Of a stretch of 64,000 nucleotides of DNA, positions 21,214-30,736 are shown in pieces. The notes under the pieces are model-generated. The model did not search any database. It saw nothing but the letters and a program-made list of their open reading frames with translations, and had not been told where the DNA came from. Where the stretch lies: contig CBDDQA010000006.1 of NCBI GenBank assembly GCA_965232605.1, forward strand, positions 510,548 through 574,547, written 5' to 3'. The DNA comes from an uncultured Candidatus Binatia bacterium (GTDB lineage Bacteria > Desulfobacterota > Binatia > Bin18). The position numbers were made by a program, and so were the translations under genes. Numbering within the stretch: the stretch's first letter is position 1; each line of letters starts with the position of its first letter.

Positions 21214-22563
21214 CTAGCCGAAGTGTCGCAGCAGATGGCACAGGACGCGAAAGCCGTCCTGCATATGGGACAGTTCGGCAAATTCGTTCGGCGCGTGGTA
21301 GGCTTCATTTCTGCCGAAACCGGTAATGTGCACGTCAAAGTCGTGTTCCTGCAAAAAGCGGACATAGGGCAGACTGCCCGTCAGGGCGAAGGGCCGAGCG
21401 TCGGGCCGCACTGCCGCAACCGCTTGGGCGAGGGCCGCATAGCCGGCTGAGGTCCGGTCGCACGCCATTCCGCCGGACGGCGTTCCCAACATCTCAAACC
21501 GTGCCGTCCCGACCTGCCCGTTACAGGCGTAGCGGCCCGGGCCAAAGACCGGCAGTTGGCTGACGTCCAGCGTTTCCAGAAAGGCCGCCAGCCCTTTTTT
21601 CACTTCGTCAGGGTCATACCACGGCGTCAGGCGAATATCGCCTTCAATACGGGCCGTGGACGGAATTTTCGTCAGCGTATCGTTCTCAACCTGGACCCGG
21701 GTCGGTTTGAGTGACGAAGGCGCTCGAAAACCGTACTCATGTTCTTTTGGGTGGGCGGGATAGTTTGTGTAGAACCACTGCTGGAGGGCCCGGGTCACTT
21801 CCGTGGCCAGTTCCGCGGCGTTGATCCCGTTTTGCGGAAATCCCGAATGGCTGGCCTTGCCTTCAATAGCCAGTCGCCACAGGGCCAGGCCGGCGGTTGC
21901 CGTGGTTGGTCCGAAGTCAGCACTATCGATCCAGTACAGCGGTCCGTTCTTGAGGTGGTCGAGCCGGCCGTCTTTGACCAGCCGACCAATCCCGACGCCG
22001 TGCGTGTTGGAGAGTTCCTCGTCGGCGATAATGACTCCGACAACACTATGGTCGAGCTCCACCTCGGATTCGGCGAGCTGAGCAAAGAGGTCGGTCAGAA
22101 CGGCGACATGACCCAGGCAGTCGGTGACACCCCGTCCGTACAAGCGGTCTCCCTCGACCTGCAAGGCAAAGGGCGGACGCTGCCAGTCTTTGGGGTCGGC
22201 CGGCACCACATCAAGATGAGCACCCACAAAAGCAATGGTTTGAGGGCAGTGTCCAACAGAGCGGCCCGGATAGCTCAGGATAAGATTCCCGCGGCCGGCG
22301 GCATAACTCACCCGTTCCACCTGCAAGCGGCCGCGGGCGGTATGGGCCGCCAATTCGTCGAGCACGATGTCTCCGGCGAGGTCTTCCTGGGGGGGCGGCT
22401 GGTCCCGAGACGGGGAGTTCTGCAAGCGCTCACCAACAGCCACCAGAGCCCGCAGAACCCGTAGAAAACGGTCCGTATTCAGCCGCCACTGACTGAGGTC
22501 TCCGGGCTGACCACCTGTCTGAACGGAGCGCTGCCGGCGCACGCGCTTCCAGGACCACGCCAT
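21214..22563 (-). CDS. M20 family metallopeptidase (ArgE/DapE/CPG2-like)
   Basis: AFVGAHLDVVPA...LYGRGVTDCLGHVA...ADEE motifs. Start taken at MAWSWKR. Confidence 0.7.
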   Translation of the reverse strand: MAWSWKRVRRQRSVQTGGQPGDLSQWRLNTDRFLRVLRALVAVGERLQNSPSRDQPPPQEDLAGDIVLDELAAHTARGRLQVERVSYAAGRGNLILSYPGRSVGHCPQTIAFVGAHLDVVPADPKDWQRPPFALQVEGDRLYGRGVTDCLGHVAVLTDLFAQLAESEVELDHSVVGVIIADEELSNTHGVGIGRLVKDGRLDHLKNGPLYWIDSADFGPTTATAGLALWRLAIEGKASHSGFPQNGINAAELATEVTRALQQWFYTNYPAHPKEHEYGFRAPSSLKPTRVQVENDTLTKIPSTARIEGDIRLTPWYDPDEVKKGLAAFLETLDVSQLPVFGPGRYACNGQVGTARFEMLGTPSGGMACDRTSAGYAALAQAVAAVRPDARPFALTGSLPYVRFLQEHDFDVHITGFGRNEAYHAPNEFAELSHMQDGFRVLCHLLRHFG

Positions 22564-22579
22564 ACCGGGATGTTGCTCC

Positions 22580-22957
22580 TTACACGCCCTCTGCTTCAAA
22601 GACTTCTTTGGCGACCTGGAACGCATTCACCGCGGTGGGCGCACCGGCATAAAAGGCCATCTGGATGAGAATCTCGATGATTTCCTCCTTGGTCAGACCG
22701 GCGTTCAGCCCGTTCGCGATATGACTCTTGAGTTGGGGCAGCCGCTGCATGGCGGTCAGAGCCGCAATTACGGCTACGCTGCGCATTTTGAGCTCAAGTC
22801 CCGGTCTGGTCCAGACTCGTCCGAAGACAACTTCGTTCAACATCTCATCCAGGTCCGGGGCGAGTTCGGCCAGCGCGCTGGCCGAGGTCCCGAAGCGGTC
22901 TCCGCTCAACTTTTTTCGGATTTCGATTCCCTTTTCCAGGTCGCTCTGATTCGCCAT
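22580..22957 (-). CDS. carboxymuconolactone decarboxylase family protein (AhpD-like)
   Basis: MANQSDLEKGIEIRKKL...VVFGRVWTRPGL typical of the CMD family. AGGAGGG ribosome-binding site. Confidence 0.7.
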   Translation of the reverse strand: MANQSDLEKGIEIRKKLSGDRFGTSASALAELAPDLDEMLNEVVFGRVWTRPGLELKMRSVAVIAALTAMQRLPQLKSHIANGLNAGLTKEEIIEILIQMAFYAGAPTAVNAFQVAKEVFEAEGV

Positions 22958-23147
22958 ACTATCCCTCCTGCGCGGTAAATATGCGGCCTGGGGACTATAC
23001 CCCAGGGCGAGCCGCGGCAACAAGGGCGGCTCCGAACGGCGCGTCTTCTCAGTTCCTCCTCCCTGCGCCGACCGTGGCCTTGTTCTTGACAGACCCACTC
23101 CGGGCATGCTCAACACAAACAACACGTGGAGCACGAGGAGGGAATAC

Positions 23148-24233
23148 GTGAGATTTGGTCTTTTCTACCAGCTGCCGTGCGCAGATACCCAGACCCAGAC
23201 AACGCGTTATCAAGAAACCATTGAACAGATCATTCATGCCGAGCAACTCGGCTTCGATTGTGCCTGGCTGGCGGAACTGCACTTCTATAAGCACTTCTCA
23301 ATTATGTCGTCGCCGCTGATTGTGGCCACGGCTATTGCCCAGCGGACGCAGCGCATCCGCCTGGGCATTGCCGTCAACCTCCTGCCGCTCTGGCACCCGG
23401 TCCGCAACGCTGAAGAGGGCGCAACGGTCGATCTGTTGAGTAACGGCCGTCTGGAGTTTGGCGTTGGACGCGGGACGATTCCGCTCCATTTTGCGGGCTT
23501 TGATCGCTCGCGGGAGGAGAGCCGCGAACGCTTTGAAGAAAGCCTGGAGATCATCAAACAAGCCTGGACGAATGAGTCGTTTTCCTACGACGGCAGTTAT
23601 TACACAATCCCGGAAACCAGCGTCGTGCCCAAACCTTTGCAACAGCCTCATCCGCCCATCAGGATTGCCGCCAACAGCCCGGAGACGGCGGTGTTTGCGG
23701 GAAAGGTCGGCCATCCGATATTTGTGGCATCGGTGACCAATCCCCTGCCCAAGATGTTTGAGCAAGTCGCAACCTATCGCCAATCCTGGGACGAGCACGC
23801 CCCCCATAACGGACAGGCCACTCACCCCAGGTACGCTCCGCAGGACGTCTCCACCATGTTTTTTATGCACCCAGGCGAAAGCCTGGAGCAGGTCCGTCAG
23901 ACGGTAGAGCCGAGTATTCGACATTATTTCGGGAGCGTCCTGGGCATGATGACGAGCGGGGCCGCCAAACAGGAGGACATGGAGTCGTATCGTTATACCG
24001 CGGAGATCCGTAAAAATCTGGAGAGCATTACTTTCGAGAAAGTCGTTGACAGCATGGCTATTTTCGGTCCCGCCCAGGCATGTGTGGACCGGATTCGCCA
24101 GCTCCATAAAGAGCTCAATATGAACGAGTTGATCTGTTGGTTTAATCCGGGCGGCATGGTGCCGCATGAGCAGGTCAAGGCCGCCATGACCCGTTTTGCC
24201 GAGACCGTCATGCCCGAGGTCAAAGATCTCTAG
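23148..24233 (+). CDS. LLM-class flavin/F420-dependent oxidoreductase
   Basis: GTG start after GAGGAGGG. FDCAWLAELHF, LEFGVGRG. Confidence 0.7.
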   Translation: MRFGLFYQLPCADTQTQTTRYQETIEQIIHAEQLGFDCAWLAELHFYKHFSIMSSPLIVATAIAQRTQRIRLGIAVNLLPLWHPVRNAEEGATVDLLSNGRLEFGVGRGTIPLHFAGFDRSREESRERFEESLEIIKQAWTNESFSYDGSYYTIPETSVVPKPLQQPHPPIRIAANSPETAVFAGKVGHPIFVASVTNPLPKMFEQVATYRQSWDEHAPHNGQATHPRYAPQDVSTMFFMHPGESLEQVRQTVEPSIRHYFGSVLGMMTSGAAKQEDMESYRYTAEIRKNLESITFEKVVDSMAIFGPAQACVDRIRQLHKELNMNELICWFNPGGMVPHEQVKAAMTRFAETVMPEVKDL

Positions 24234-24330
24234 GGAAAAATCTGTTTGGTCTCAGGCCAGAAATACGCTAGATAAGAACCATACTTCTTAACACCGGACT
24301 TGAGAACATTGTAGACACAGGAGGGTCGCT

Positions 24331-25605
24331 ATGGGACGTATATTTTTTCGTGGTGTGAATCTGATTGACGGTGAGCATAAGCCGCAACCCAACTCCACCG
24401 TGGTGGTACAGGGACAGCGCATCAAGGCGGTCGGGAAAAATGGCGATATGCCCAAACCCAACGCCAGGGATGTCGTCTATGATCTGAGTGGGAAATCCCT
24501 TATGCCGGGCATGGTCCAGTGCCACTACCATGTCGCCTACGCCAATGTCGGCGACATGAACGATATCGACATGAAGTATCCGCCGACCTATCTGACGCTC
24601 ATCGCGGCCAAGAATGCCGAGCTGCTGCTGAGTTGCGGCTACACGGGTGCGGCCGGCGCGGGCACGATGCATAACATCGATGTTACGCTGAAAAAGGCCA
24701 TCAACACGGGCATGATTCCGGGTCCGCGATTTCTGGCCTGCGGCCGGGACGTGGTGACTACCGGCGATTCGGTGGACTGTCATCCCAACTTCTGGAAGAT
24801 GGGCATGGAAGGCCTGGCCCGCATTTGCGACGGACCGGACGATTTCCGCAAAGCCGTGCGTGAAGAAATCAAGCTGGGCGTGGACATCATTAAACTCTAC
24901 CCGACCGGCGGACATGGCCTGATGTGGGACGAGGACACGATGACCATGAGCCAGGACGAAATCGATGCGGCGACCATAGCCGCCCATGAACGGGGCCGAA
25001 AAATTCGGGGCCACATCATTTCCAAGAAGGGTATCCTGGCCGCCCTCCAAGCCGGCATGGACGTGATCGACCACGGCGACCGGATGGACGACGAATGCAT
25101 AGAGGGCATGCTCGAACAGGGCACCTTTGTGGTGCCGAGCCTGTACTTCCCGTGGAAGGTCGTCGAAGAAAAACGCCGCACGGGTTCGAGCGAGTGGGGT
25201 GGCGTCGACAGCATGGAACGCAATCTGGAGCACTCGTACGAAGTTCTGCCTAAGGCCAATAAGGCTGGGGTGAAACTGGTTATTGGTGACGATTTCGGGA
25301 TCGCCGCCATGCCGCACGGCGAGTACGCGTGCGAACTGGAAGCCTATGTGAAGGGCGCCGGCATCCCGGCCAACGAAGTCCTGCGCTGGGCCACCAAGAA
25401 CGGCGCGGATCTGCTCGGCAGGGGCGATGAACTGGGGACCATCGAGCCAGGCAAGATCGCCGATCTCCTCATCGTCAAGGGCAATCCGGCCAAAGACATC
25501 ACCATCTTGCAGGATAAAAAGAACCTGCACGCCATCATGAAAGATGGAGAGTTTTACCGGAACGAACTGACCCCGAGCAGGGCCAGACTCCAGAGAGCTG
25601 CGTAG
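24331..25605 (+). CDS. amidohydrolase family protein
   Basis: Metal-dependent hydrolase pattern (HYH...H...D). 424 aa. Confidence 0.65.
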   Translation: MGRIFFRGVNLIDGEHKPQPNSTVVVQGQRIKAVGKNGDMPKPNARDVVYDLSGKSLMPGMVQCHYHVAYANVGDMNDIDMKYPPTYLTLIAAKNAELLLSCGYTGAAGAGTMHNIDVTLKKAINTGMIPGPRFLACGRDVVTTGDSVDCHPNFWKMGMEGLARICDGPDDFRKAVREEIKLGVDIIKLYPTGGHGLMWDEDTMTMSQDEIDAATIAAHERGRKIRGHIISKKGILAALQAGMDVIDHGDRMDDECIEGMLEQGTFVVPSLYFPWKVVEEKRRTGSSEWGGVDSMERNLEHSYEVLPKANKAGVKLVIGDDFGIAAMPHGEYACELEAYVKGAGIPANEVLRWATKNGADLLGRGDELGTIEPGKIADLLIVKGNPAKDITILQDKKNLHAIMKDGEFYRNELTPSRARLQRAA

Positions 25606-25630
25606 TCACACGCAACCCGTACAATGACGA

Positions 25631-25662
25631 AGGGGCACGGTCGGCCGTGCCCCTTTTTGTTT
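25631..25662 (+). terminator. rho-independent terminator (ggggcacgg-tcgg-ccgtgcccc then TTTTTGTTT)
   Basis: Read directly from the sequence, after the stop at 25605. Confidence 0.65.
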
Positions 25663-25721
25663 GCGCCCAGGCTTTTCAAGTCGTCCGTCTTTCGCTACGA
25701 GAGGAGGAGGGAAGGAAATGG

Positions 25722-26864
25722 ATGAGCCGGATTATTGACGCGGACAGCCACTTCATGGAACCGCTCGATTTATGGGAGCGCTATATCGAACCGGAGTTTC
25801 GAGAGCGTTGCCTGCGCTTCACTCAGGACCCGCAGACCGGCACGCAGGCCATGCTCATCAACGAATCGAAACGGATTCGGGGGGTGGGTGAGTTCAGTAT
25901 GGAAGACCTGCTCGGCGTGGGCGTGGGATACGGTCAGAAGGAGGATGGCTCGGGGCTGGGGTCTTTCGACTTTTCCAGCGCGTTTAATAATACCCTCGAA
26001 GACATGGACCAGCGCATCGCCTATTTAGATAACGAGGGCTTTGAGTGCCAGTTCATCTATCCGACCCTGGGTCTGATGTGGGAGGGTCAGGTGACCGACC
26101 CGGATTTGGCGGCCGCCCATTGTCGCGCCTATAACACCTGGACGCTGGAGGTGTGCGCCAATCACCGCACCCGGCTGTATCCGGTCGGACATATTTCTCT
26201 GCGCCATCCCACACAGGCTGTACGTGAGATCGAGCGTCTGGCCGATGCGGGCATGCGAACAATCTTTGTCGGAGCCCTGCCGGTTGACGGCAAGAGTTTC
26301 GGCTGTCCTGATTTTGATCCGGTCTGGGACGCCGCCCAGTACCACGACATGGCGGTCGGTCTCCATCTGGTCGTGCATCGCAACTACCTGGGTCACGATT
26401 GGTATGCGGACCGCCGGCCCGGCTTCATGTTTCTGAGCATGAACGGCATTCAAGATCCCCGCATGGCCCTCACCACCATGGTCTACGACGGGGTGTTTGA
26501 GCGCTTTCCCAAGCTGCGCGTCGCCACCATTGAATCCGCCAGCGGTTGGGTCGTGGAATGGCTCGACCGCCTCGATTATCGCTACAGCTATATGGGCCAC
26601 TCGTGTCAGATGGAGCGCCCGGCCAGCGAGTATTTTGAGCGGAATATCTGGATTGCGGCTGACCCGGATGAGCGCCTGCTGCCCTATATGGTCGAGCTGC
26701 TGGGCGACCACAAGTTTTTTATCGGTTCGGACTATCCGCATGCCGAAGGCTTTACCGACCCAGTTGCCAAAGCGCGGAACGCCTTACATCCCCTGCCGGA
26801 GGTATCGGTCAACAAAATATTGGGAGAAAACGCGGTTCAATTTTTTGGGCTCTCAACCAAGTAA
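25722..26864 (+). CDS. amidohydrolase-2 family protein (ACMSD-like metal-dependent hydrolase)
   Basis: MSRIIDADSHFMEP...IGSDYPHAEG. GAGGAGGAGGG ribosome-binding site. Confidence 0.7.
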   Translation: MSRIIDADSHFMEPLDLWERYIEPEFRERCLRFTQDPQTGTQAMLINESKRIRGVGEFSMEDLLGVGVGYGQKEDGSGLGSFDFSSAFNNTLEDMDQRIAYLDNEGFECQFIYPTLGLMWEGQVTDPDLAAAHCRAYNTWTLEVCANHRTRLYPVGHISLRHPTQAVREIERLADAGMRTIFVGALPVDGKSFGCPDFDPVWDAAQYHDMAVGLHLVVHRNYLGHDWYADRRPGFMFLSMNGIQDPRMALTTMVYDGVFERFPKLRVATIESASGWVVEWLDRLDYRYSYMGHSCQMERPASEYFERNIWIAADPDERLLPYMVELLGDHKFFIGSDYPHAEGFTDPVAKARNALHPLPEVSVNKILGENAVQFFGLSTK

Positions 26865-26874
26865 GGAGGAAGTC

Positions 26875-27345
26875 ATGAATCTTGAAGATATCGCTCAACG
26901 CGTCCAAACGCTCGAAGACGTCGAGGCCATCAAAAAGCTCAAGGCCCGCTACTGTGCCGGGGCGGACGAGCGTGATGAAGACAAGTTTGTCGGCTGCTTT
27001 ACGGAAGATGCCGTCTGGGACGGCGGCAATTTCGGCCACTTCGAGGGCAAGGCGGCCATTCGGGAATTTTTTGGCACGATTCCGCAGGTCCTGTCATTTG
27101 CCATCCACTACGTGATGAATCCGCGTATTGAGGTCAACGGAGACACGGCCACCGGCTATTGGTATCTGCTGGAGCCCTGCACGATGGTCGAAGGCGGCGA
27201 GCAGGCGGTCTGGGGGGTGGCCAAATACGAAGAAGAATACGTCCGAGAGGATGGGGAGTGGAAAATACGCAACCTGATCCTCGCTCCGGAGTGCTGGACC
27301 CCGTTTGAGCAAGGCTGGGTCAATCAGCAGTTTATCGGCCAATAG
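26875..27345 (+). CDS. SnoaL-like / NTF2-fold protein
   Basis: 156 aa. FTEDAVWDGGNFGHFEG pattern. AAGGAGGA ribosome-binding site. Confidence 0.5.
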   Translation: MNLEDIAQRVQTLEDVEAIKKLKARYCAGADERDEDKFVGCFTEDAVWDGGNFGHFEGKAAIREFFGTIPQVLSFAIHYVMNPRIEVNGDTATGYWYLLEPCTMVEGGEQAVWGVAKYEEEYVREDGEWKIRNLILAPECWTPFEQGWVNQQFIGQ

Positions 27346-27414
27346 AGCTCATTGGCGGGCCCCCCAGTGGCCCGCCAGCCGAGTTTCTACCCGAGTGCCA
27401 CCGCTACGTCATAT

Positions 27415-29490
27415 ATGACTACCTATAGCTTAGGCGTTGACGTCGGAGGGACTTTCACCGACCTCGTATGCGCGGACGAGGCCGGACAGACGCAGACCGA
27501 GAAAGTCCTGACGACCGCAGAAAACCAGGCCCTGGGCGTGCTGGGCGGCGTCGGCAAACTGGCCCGCACATACGGGCTGGCCGAACGGGATTTTCTCAGC
27601 CGGATAGGGGTGGTGGTCCACGGCACAACGGTCGCAACCAACACCATGTTGGAATACACCGGCGCCACCACCGGCCTGATCACCACCGCCGGCTTTCGCG
27701 ACACCATAGAGATACGCCGCAACTATAAAGAAGCCGCTTTTGATATTCGCCTCTCGGCTCCACATCAGATCGTCCCACGTCGCCGCCGTCTCGGCGTGAC
27801 CGAGCGGATTGATTATGCCGGTCAGGTCGTCAAACCCCTGGCGGAGGCCGAGGTCCGCGCGGCCGTGCAGCGCCTGGCGGAGATACAGGTCGAAGCCATC
27901 GCCGTGTGTTATCTGTTTGCGTTTTTGAATCCTGTCCACGAGCTCCGGACGCGTGAGATTATTCGCGAACTCCTGCCCGATGTCCATATCTCGCTGTCGT
28001 CAGAGGTCCTGCCCCAAGTCCGTGAATTCGAGCGCCTGAGCACAACCCTGGTCGATGCCTATGTGACTCCTCGCTTACAGAGGTATCTGGAGCGGCTGGA
28101 CACCGAGTTTCGTCAGCGTGGATTTCAGGGCGACATCTTCATCATGCAGGGCAATGGCGGCGTCGTCGGTCTGGAGCAGGCCCAGGCCCACGGCGTCCAG
28201 GCCCTCCTGTCCGGACCGGCCAGCGGCGTGGTGGCCGGCGCGTATCTGGGCGAGGCATCCGGCTTCAAGGACGTCATCACCATTGATATGGGGGGCACGA
28301 GCTTTGACGTCTGCCTGGTGCAGGACGGGCGGCCCAAAACCGGAACCGATCAGTGGATGAGTCGGTATCGGATTGCGGTTCCATTTATCGATATTCACAC
28401 CATTGGCGCCGGTGGCGGCAGTATCGCCTGGGTCGACGAGGGGGGCGCGCTGCGCGTCGGCCCCCAGAGCGCGGGGGCTCATCCGGGCCCGGCGTGCTAC
28501 GGCTTTGGCGGCCAGGAGGCCACGGTCACGGATGCGGACGTGGTGCTGGGCTATATCAGCCCCGAGTCTTTTCTGGGCGGCGAAATGCGGCTGGACACGG
28601 AGGCGGCCCGACAGGCACTCGAGACCAAGGTGGCCCGGCCGCTGGAGATGAGCCTCCTAGAGGCGGCCAGTGGGATTTTTCGTATTGTCAATAATGGTAT
28701 GAGCAATAGCGTCCGGCGGGTTTCTCTGGCAAAAGGCTACGACCCGCGGGACTTCGCGCTGACCGCGTTCGGCGGTGCCGGTGCAATTCATGCCGGCGCA
28801 CTGGTCGAAGACCTTGGCATTCAGACCATCCTGATTCCCAAAGGCACGGCCCCCGTCCTGTGCGCCCTGGGCGATCTCTTGTCCGACCTGCGGGTGAGTC
28901 GGGTGCGCAGTTTCTATGCGCGTGGGAGTGAACTTGATCTGGAGGCCATGAACGACCAGTTCCGGCGCATGCGCGAAGAAGCCCTGGAGTTGTTCGGGAG
29001 TCAGCAGCATCACCTGGGCCACACCTTCGCCCAGTTCTCGCTGGAGATGCGCTATATTGGCCAGACGCACGAAGTGACGGTTCCGGTTATCATGCAGACG
29101 GAGCAGCTCGATGCCACGGATATGGCGACGACGGTCCAGGGCTTTCACGATCTGCACGAACAGTTATACACCTTTCAGAAGCCCGAGGACGAAGTCGAAA
29201 TTCTCAATATCCACCTCGACCTCGTCGGACAAAGAGCGAAACCGCGCTTGCAAACAGCCAGCCGAGGCAGTCAGGCGGCGCGGACCGCGCTACGGGGCAG
29301 CCGGCCCGTTTATTCAGCCTCGGCCCAGGATTATGTGGAAACGGATATCTATAATGGCGAGCAGCTTGTGCCGGGGCATTGCGTTGTCGGCCCGGCCATC
29401 ATCGAAGAGGCCCGCACCTCCATCGTCCTTTTTACCGGCCAGCGGGCGACCCTCGACGAGCATCTCACCTATGTGATTGAGGTCGAGTGA
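27415..29490 (+). CDS. hydantoinase/oxoprolinase family, A (alpha) subunit (HyuA-like)
   Basis: MTTYSLGVDVGGTFTDLV N-terminus and ~690-aa HyuA architecture. Confidence 0.85.
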   Translation: MTTYSLGVDVGGTFTDLVCADEAGQTQTEKVLTTAENQALGVLGGVGKLARTYGLAERDFLSRIGVVVHGTTVATNTMLEYTGATTGLITTAGFRDTIEIRRNYKEAAFDIRLSAPHQIVPRRRRLGVTERIDYAGQVVKPLAEAEVRAAVQRLAEIQVEAIAVCYLFAFLNPVHELRTREIIRELLPDVHISLSSEVLPQVREFERLSTTLVDAYVTPRLQRYLERLDTEFRQRGFQGDIFIMQGNGGVVGLEQAQAHGVQALLSGPASGVVAGAYLGEASGFKDVITIDMGGTSFDVCLVQDGRPKTGTDQWMSRYRIAVPFIDIHTIGAGGGSIAWVDEGGALRVGPQSAGAHPGPACYGFGGQEATVTDADVVLGYISPESFLGGEMRLDTEAARQALETKVARPLEMSLLEAASGIFRIVNNGMSNSVRRVSLAKGYDPRDFALTAFGGAGAIHAGALVEDLGIQTILIPKGTAPVLCALGDLLSDLRVSRVRSFYARGSELDLEAMNDQFRRMREEALELFGSQQHHLGHTFAQFSLEMRYIGQTHEVTVPVIMQTEQLDATDMATTVQGFHDLHEQLYTFQKPEDEVEILNIHLDLVGQRAKPRLQTASRGSQAARTALRGSRPVYSASAQDYVETDIYNGEQLVPGHCVVGPAIIEEARTSIVLFTGQRATLDEHLTYVIEVE

Positions 29491-29491
29491 T

Positions 29492-30721
29492 ATGGCACCC
29501 ACCCTCGACCCAGGCAAAGAAGCGCGCGCGGCCATAGGGGCGACCCTCGGGCGGGCGCGACCGACCCTCCTGCGCCGCCTGGCCTCTTTAGCCTTGATCG
29601 ACCGGCGGCACGTCACCGTCGCCCTCGCCACCGCAGACGGCCGCGTGGTTGGGATAGACCCGGCGGCACGCCTGGGCATTGTCCGGGCGGTGGCCCGGAC
29701 GGTCTGTGATGCCTTTTGTGACAACGTCGCCGAGGGTGACATTATCCTTACCAACGATCCGTTTTCAGGTGGGACGCATATTCAGGACCTGGCGCTGCTG
29801 CGTCCGCTCTTTGTCGCCGAGCAACTCGCCGGCTGGGCCATTGTCCAGACCCCCCTGCCCGACCTGGGCGGCATGGCCCTGGGCGGGTATTATCCTTTTG
29901 CTCTCGAAATCTGGGCGGAGGGTATTCGGGTCACACCGGCCAAGCTCTACCGCAAGGGCGTCCTGCAACGTGACGCGCTCACCATGCTGACCCTCAACAG
30001 CCGGCTGCCGCATCTGGTTGAAAAAGACGTGCAGAGTATGGTTGAGATTCTGAACTTGGCCAATACGGCCGTTGCCGACCTGGTCGCCCGCCAGACTCCA
30101 GCGGTCTACGCGCAAGCCCTCGACCAGATCATCACCGACACCGCTATCCAGGCTCAGGCGGCCCTGTCCGAGCTGCCGCACGGGGAGTGGCGGGGGGAGA
30201 GCCAACCCATACACTGCTGTCTGGAAGAAGCGGATTTGCAGGTCACAGTCCGTCTGACCGTTTCAGACGAGGCCGTCGGACTTGATTTCTCCGGCAGTTC
30301 TCCTGCGGCCAAAGGCTTTGTAAACACCACCGTAGCCACCGCTCAGGCTGCGGCGGCCATTCCTTTTTTCTCCCTCTGGCCCGCTCTGCCCGTTAACGAC
30401 GGTATATTTCAGCACCTACACATGTCGATTCCCGACGACACTTTTTTAAACGCCAAGCTGCCGATGTCGGTCGGCTGGTCACCCTACCAGCCGAGCCAGG
30501 CCGTCGTGCAGGCCGTTACGGCCGCCCTCAGTCAGACGCACCGGCCCCTGCCACCGGCAAAGCAGTTGACCGCACCGGTCACCTCACCGCCACTGCCTTT
30601 TACCGTCACCGGGTGTGGCCGTCCCGGCTGTCCCTTCCCGGTTCGGCCAGACTCAGGAGTGAAATCAGGGAAGACCCCTCACCCCGGCCCTCTCCCTCAA
30701 GGGGAGAGGGAGATGACGTAA
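29492..30721 (+). CDS. hydantoinase B/oxoprolinase family protein, C-terminally truncated paralog (possible pseudogene)
   Basis: Aligns with the downstream HyuB (LTNDPFSGGTHIQD vs LNDPYYGGTHHAD; DFSGSSP vs DLSGSSP) but ends ~170 aa early. It runs into a hairpin ccctctccc-tcaag-gggagaggg. Confidence 0.55.
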   Translation: MAPTLDPGKEARAAIGATLGRARPTLLRRLASLALIDRRHVTVALATADGRVVGIDPAARLGIVRAVARTVCDAFCDNVAEGDIILTNDPFSGGTHIQDLALLRPLFVAEQLAGWAIVQTPLPDLGGMALGGYYPFALEIWAEGIRVTPAKLYRKGVLQRDALTMLTLNSRLPHLVEKDVQSMVEILNLANTAVADLVARQTPAVYAQALDQIITDTAIQAQAALSELPHGEWRGESQPIHCCLEEADLQVTVRLTVSDEAVGLDFSGSSPAAKGFVNTTVATAQAAAAIPFFSLWPALPVNDGIFQHLHMSIPDDTFLNAKLPMSVGWSPYQPSQAVVQAVTAALSQTHRPLPPAKQLTAPVTSPPLPFTVTGCGRPGCPFPVRPDSGVKSGKTPHPGPLPQGEREMT

Positions 30722-30736
30722 GGAAGGAGACTCCGC

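Noticed and set aside
24268-25530. 420-aa minus-strand ORF
   Set aside because: Antisense to the amidohydrolase gene. No motifs.
30688-30710. Hairpin ccctctccc/gggagaggg as another copy of the 9038 repeat (shared gccctctcc)
   Set aside because: Only a 9-nt match. It does not align beyond that.
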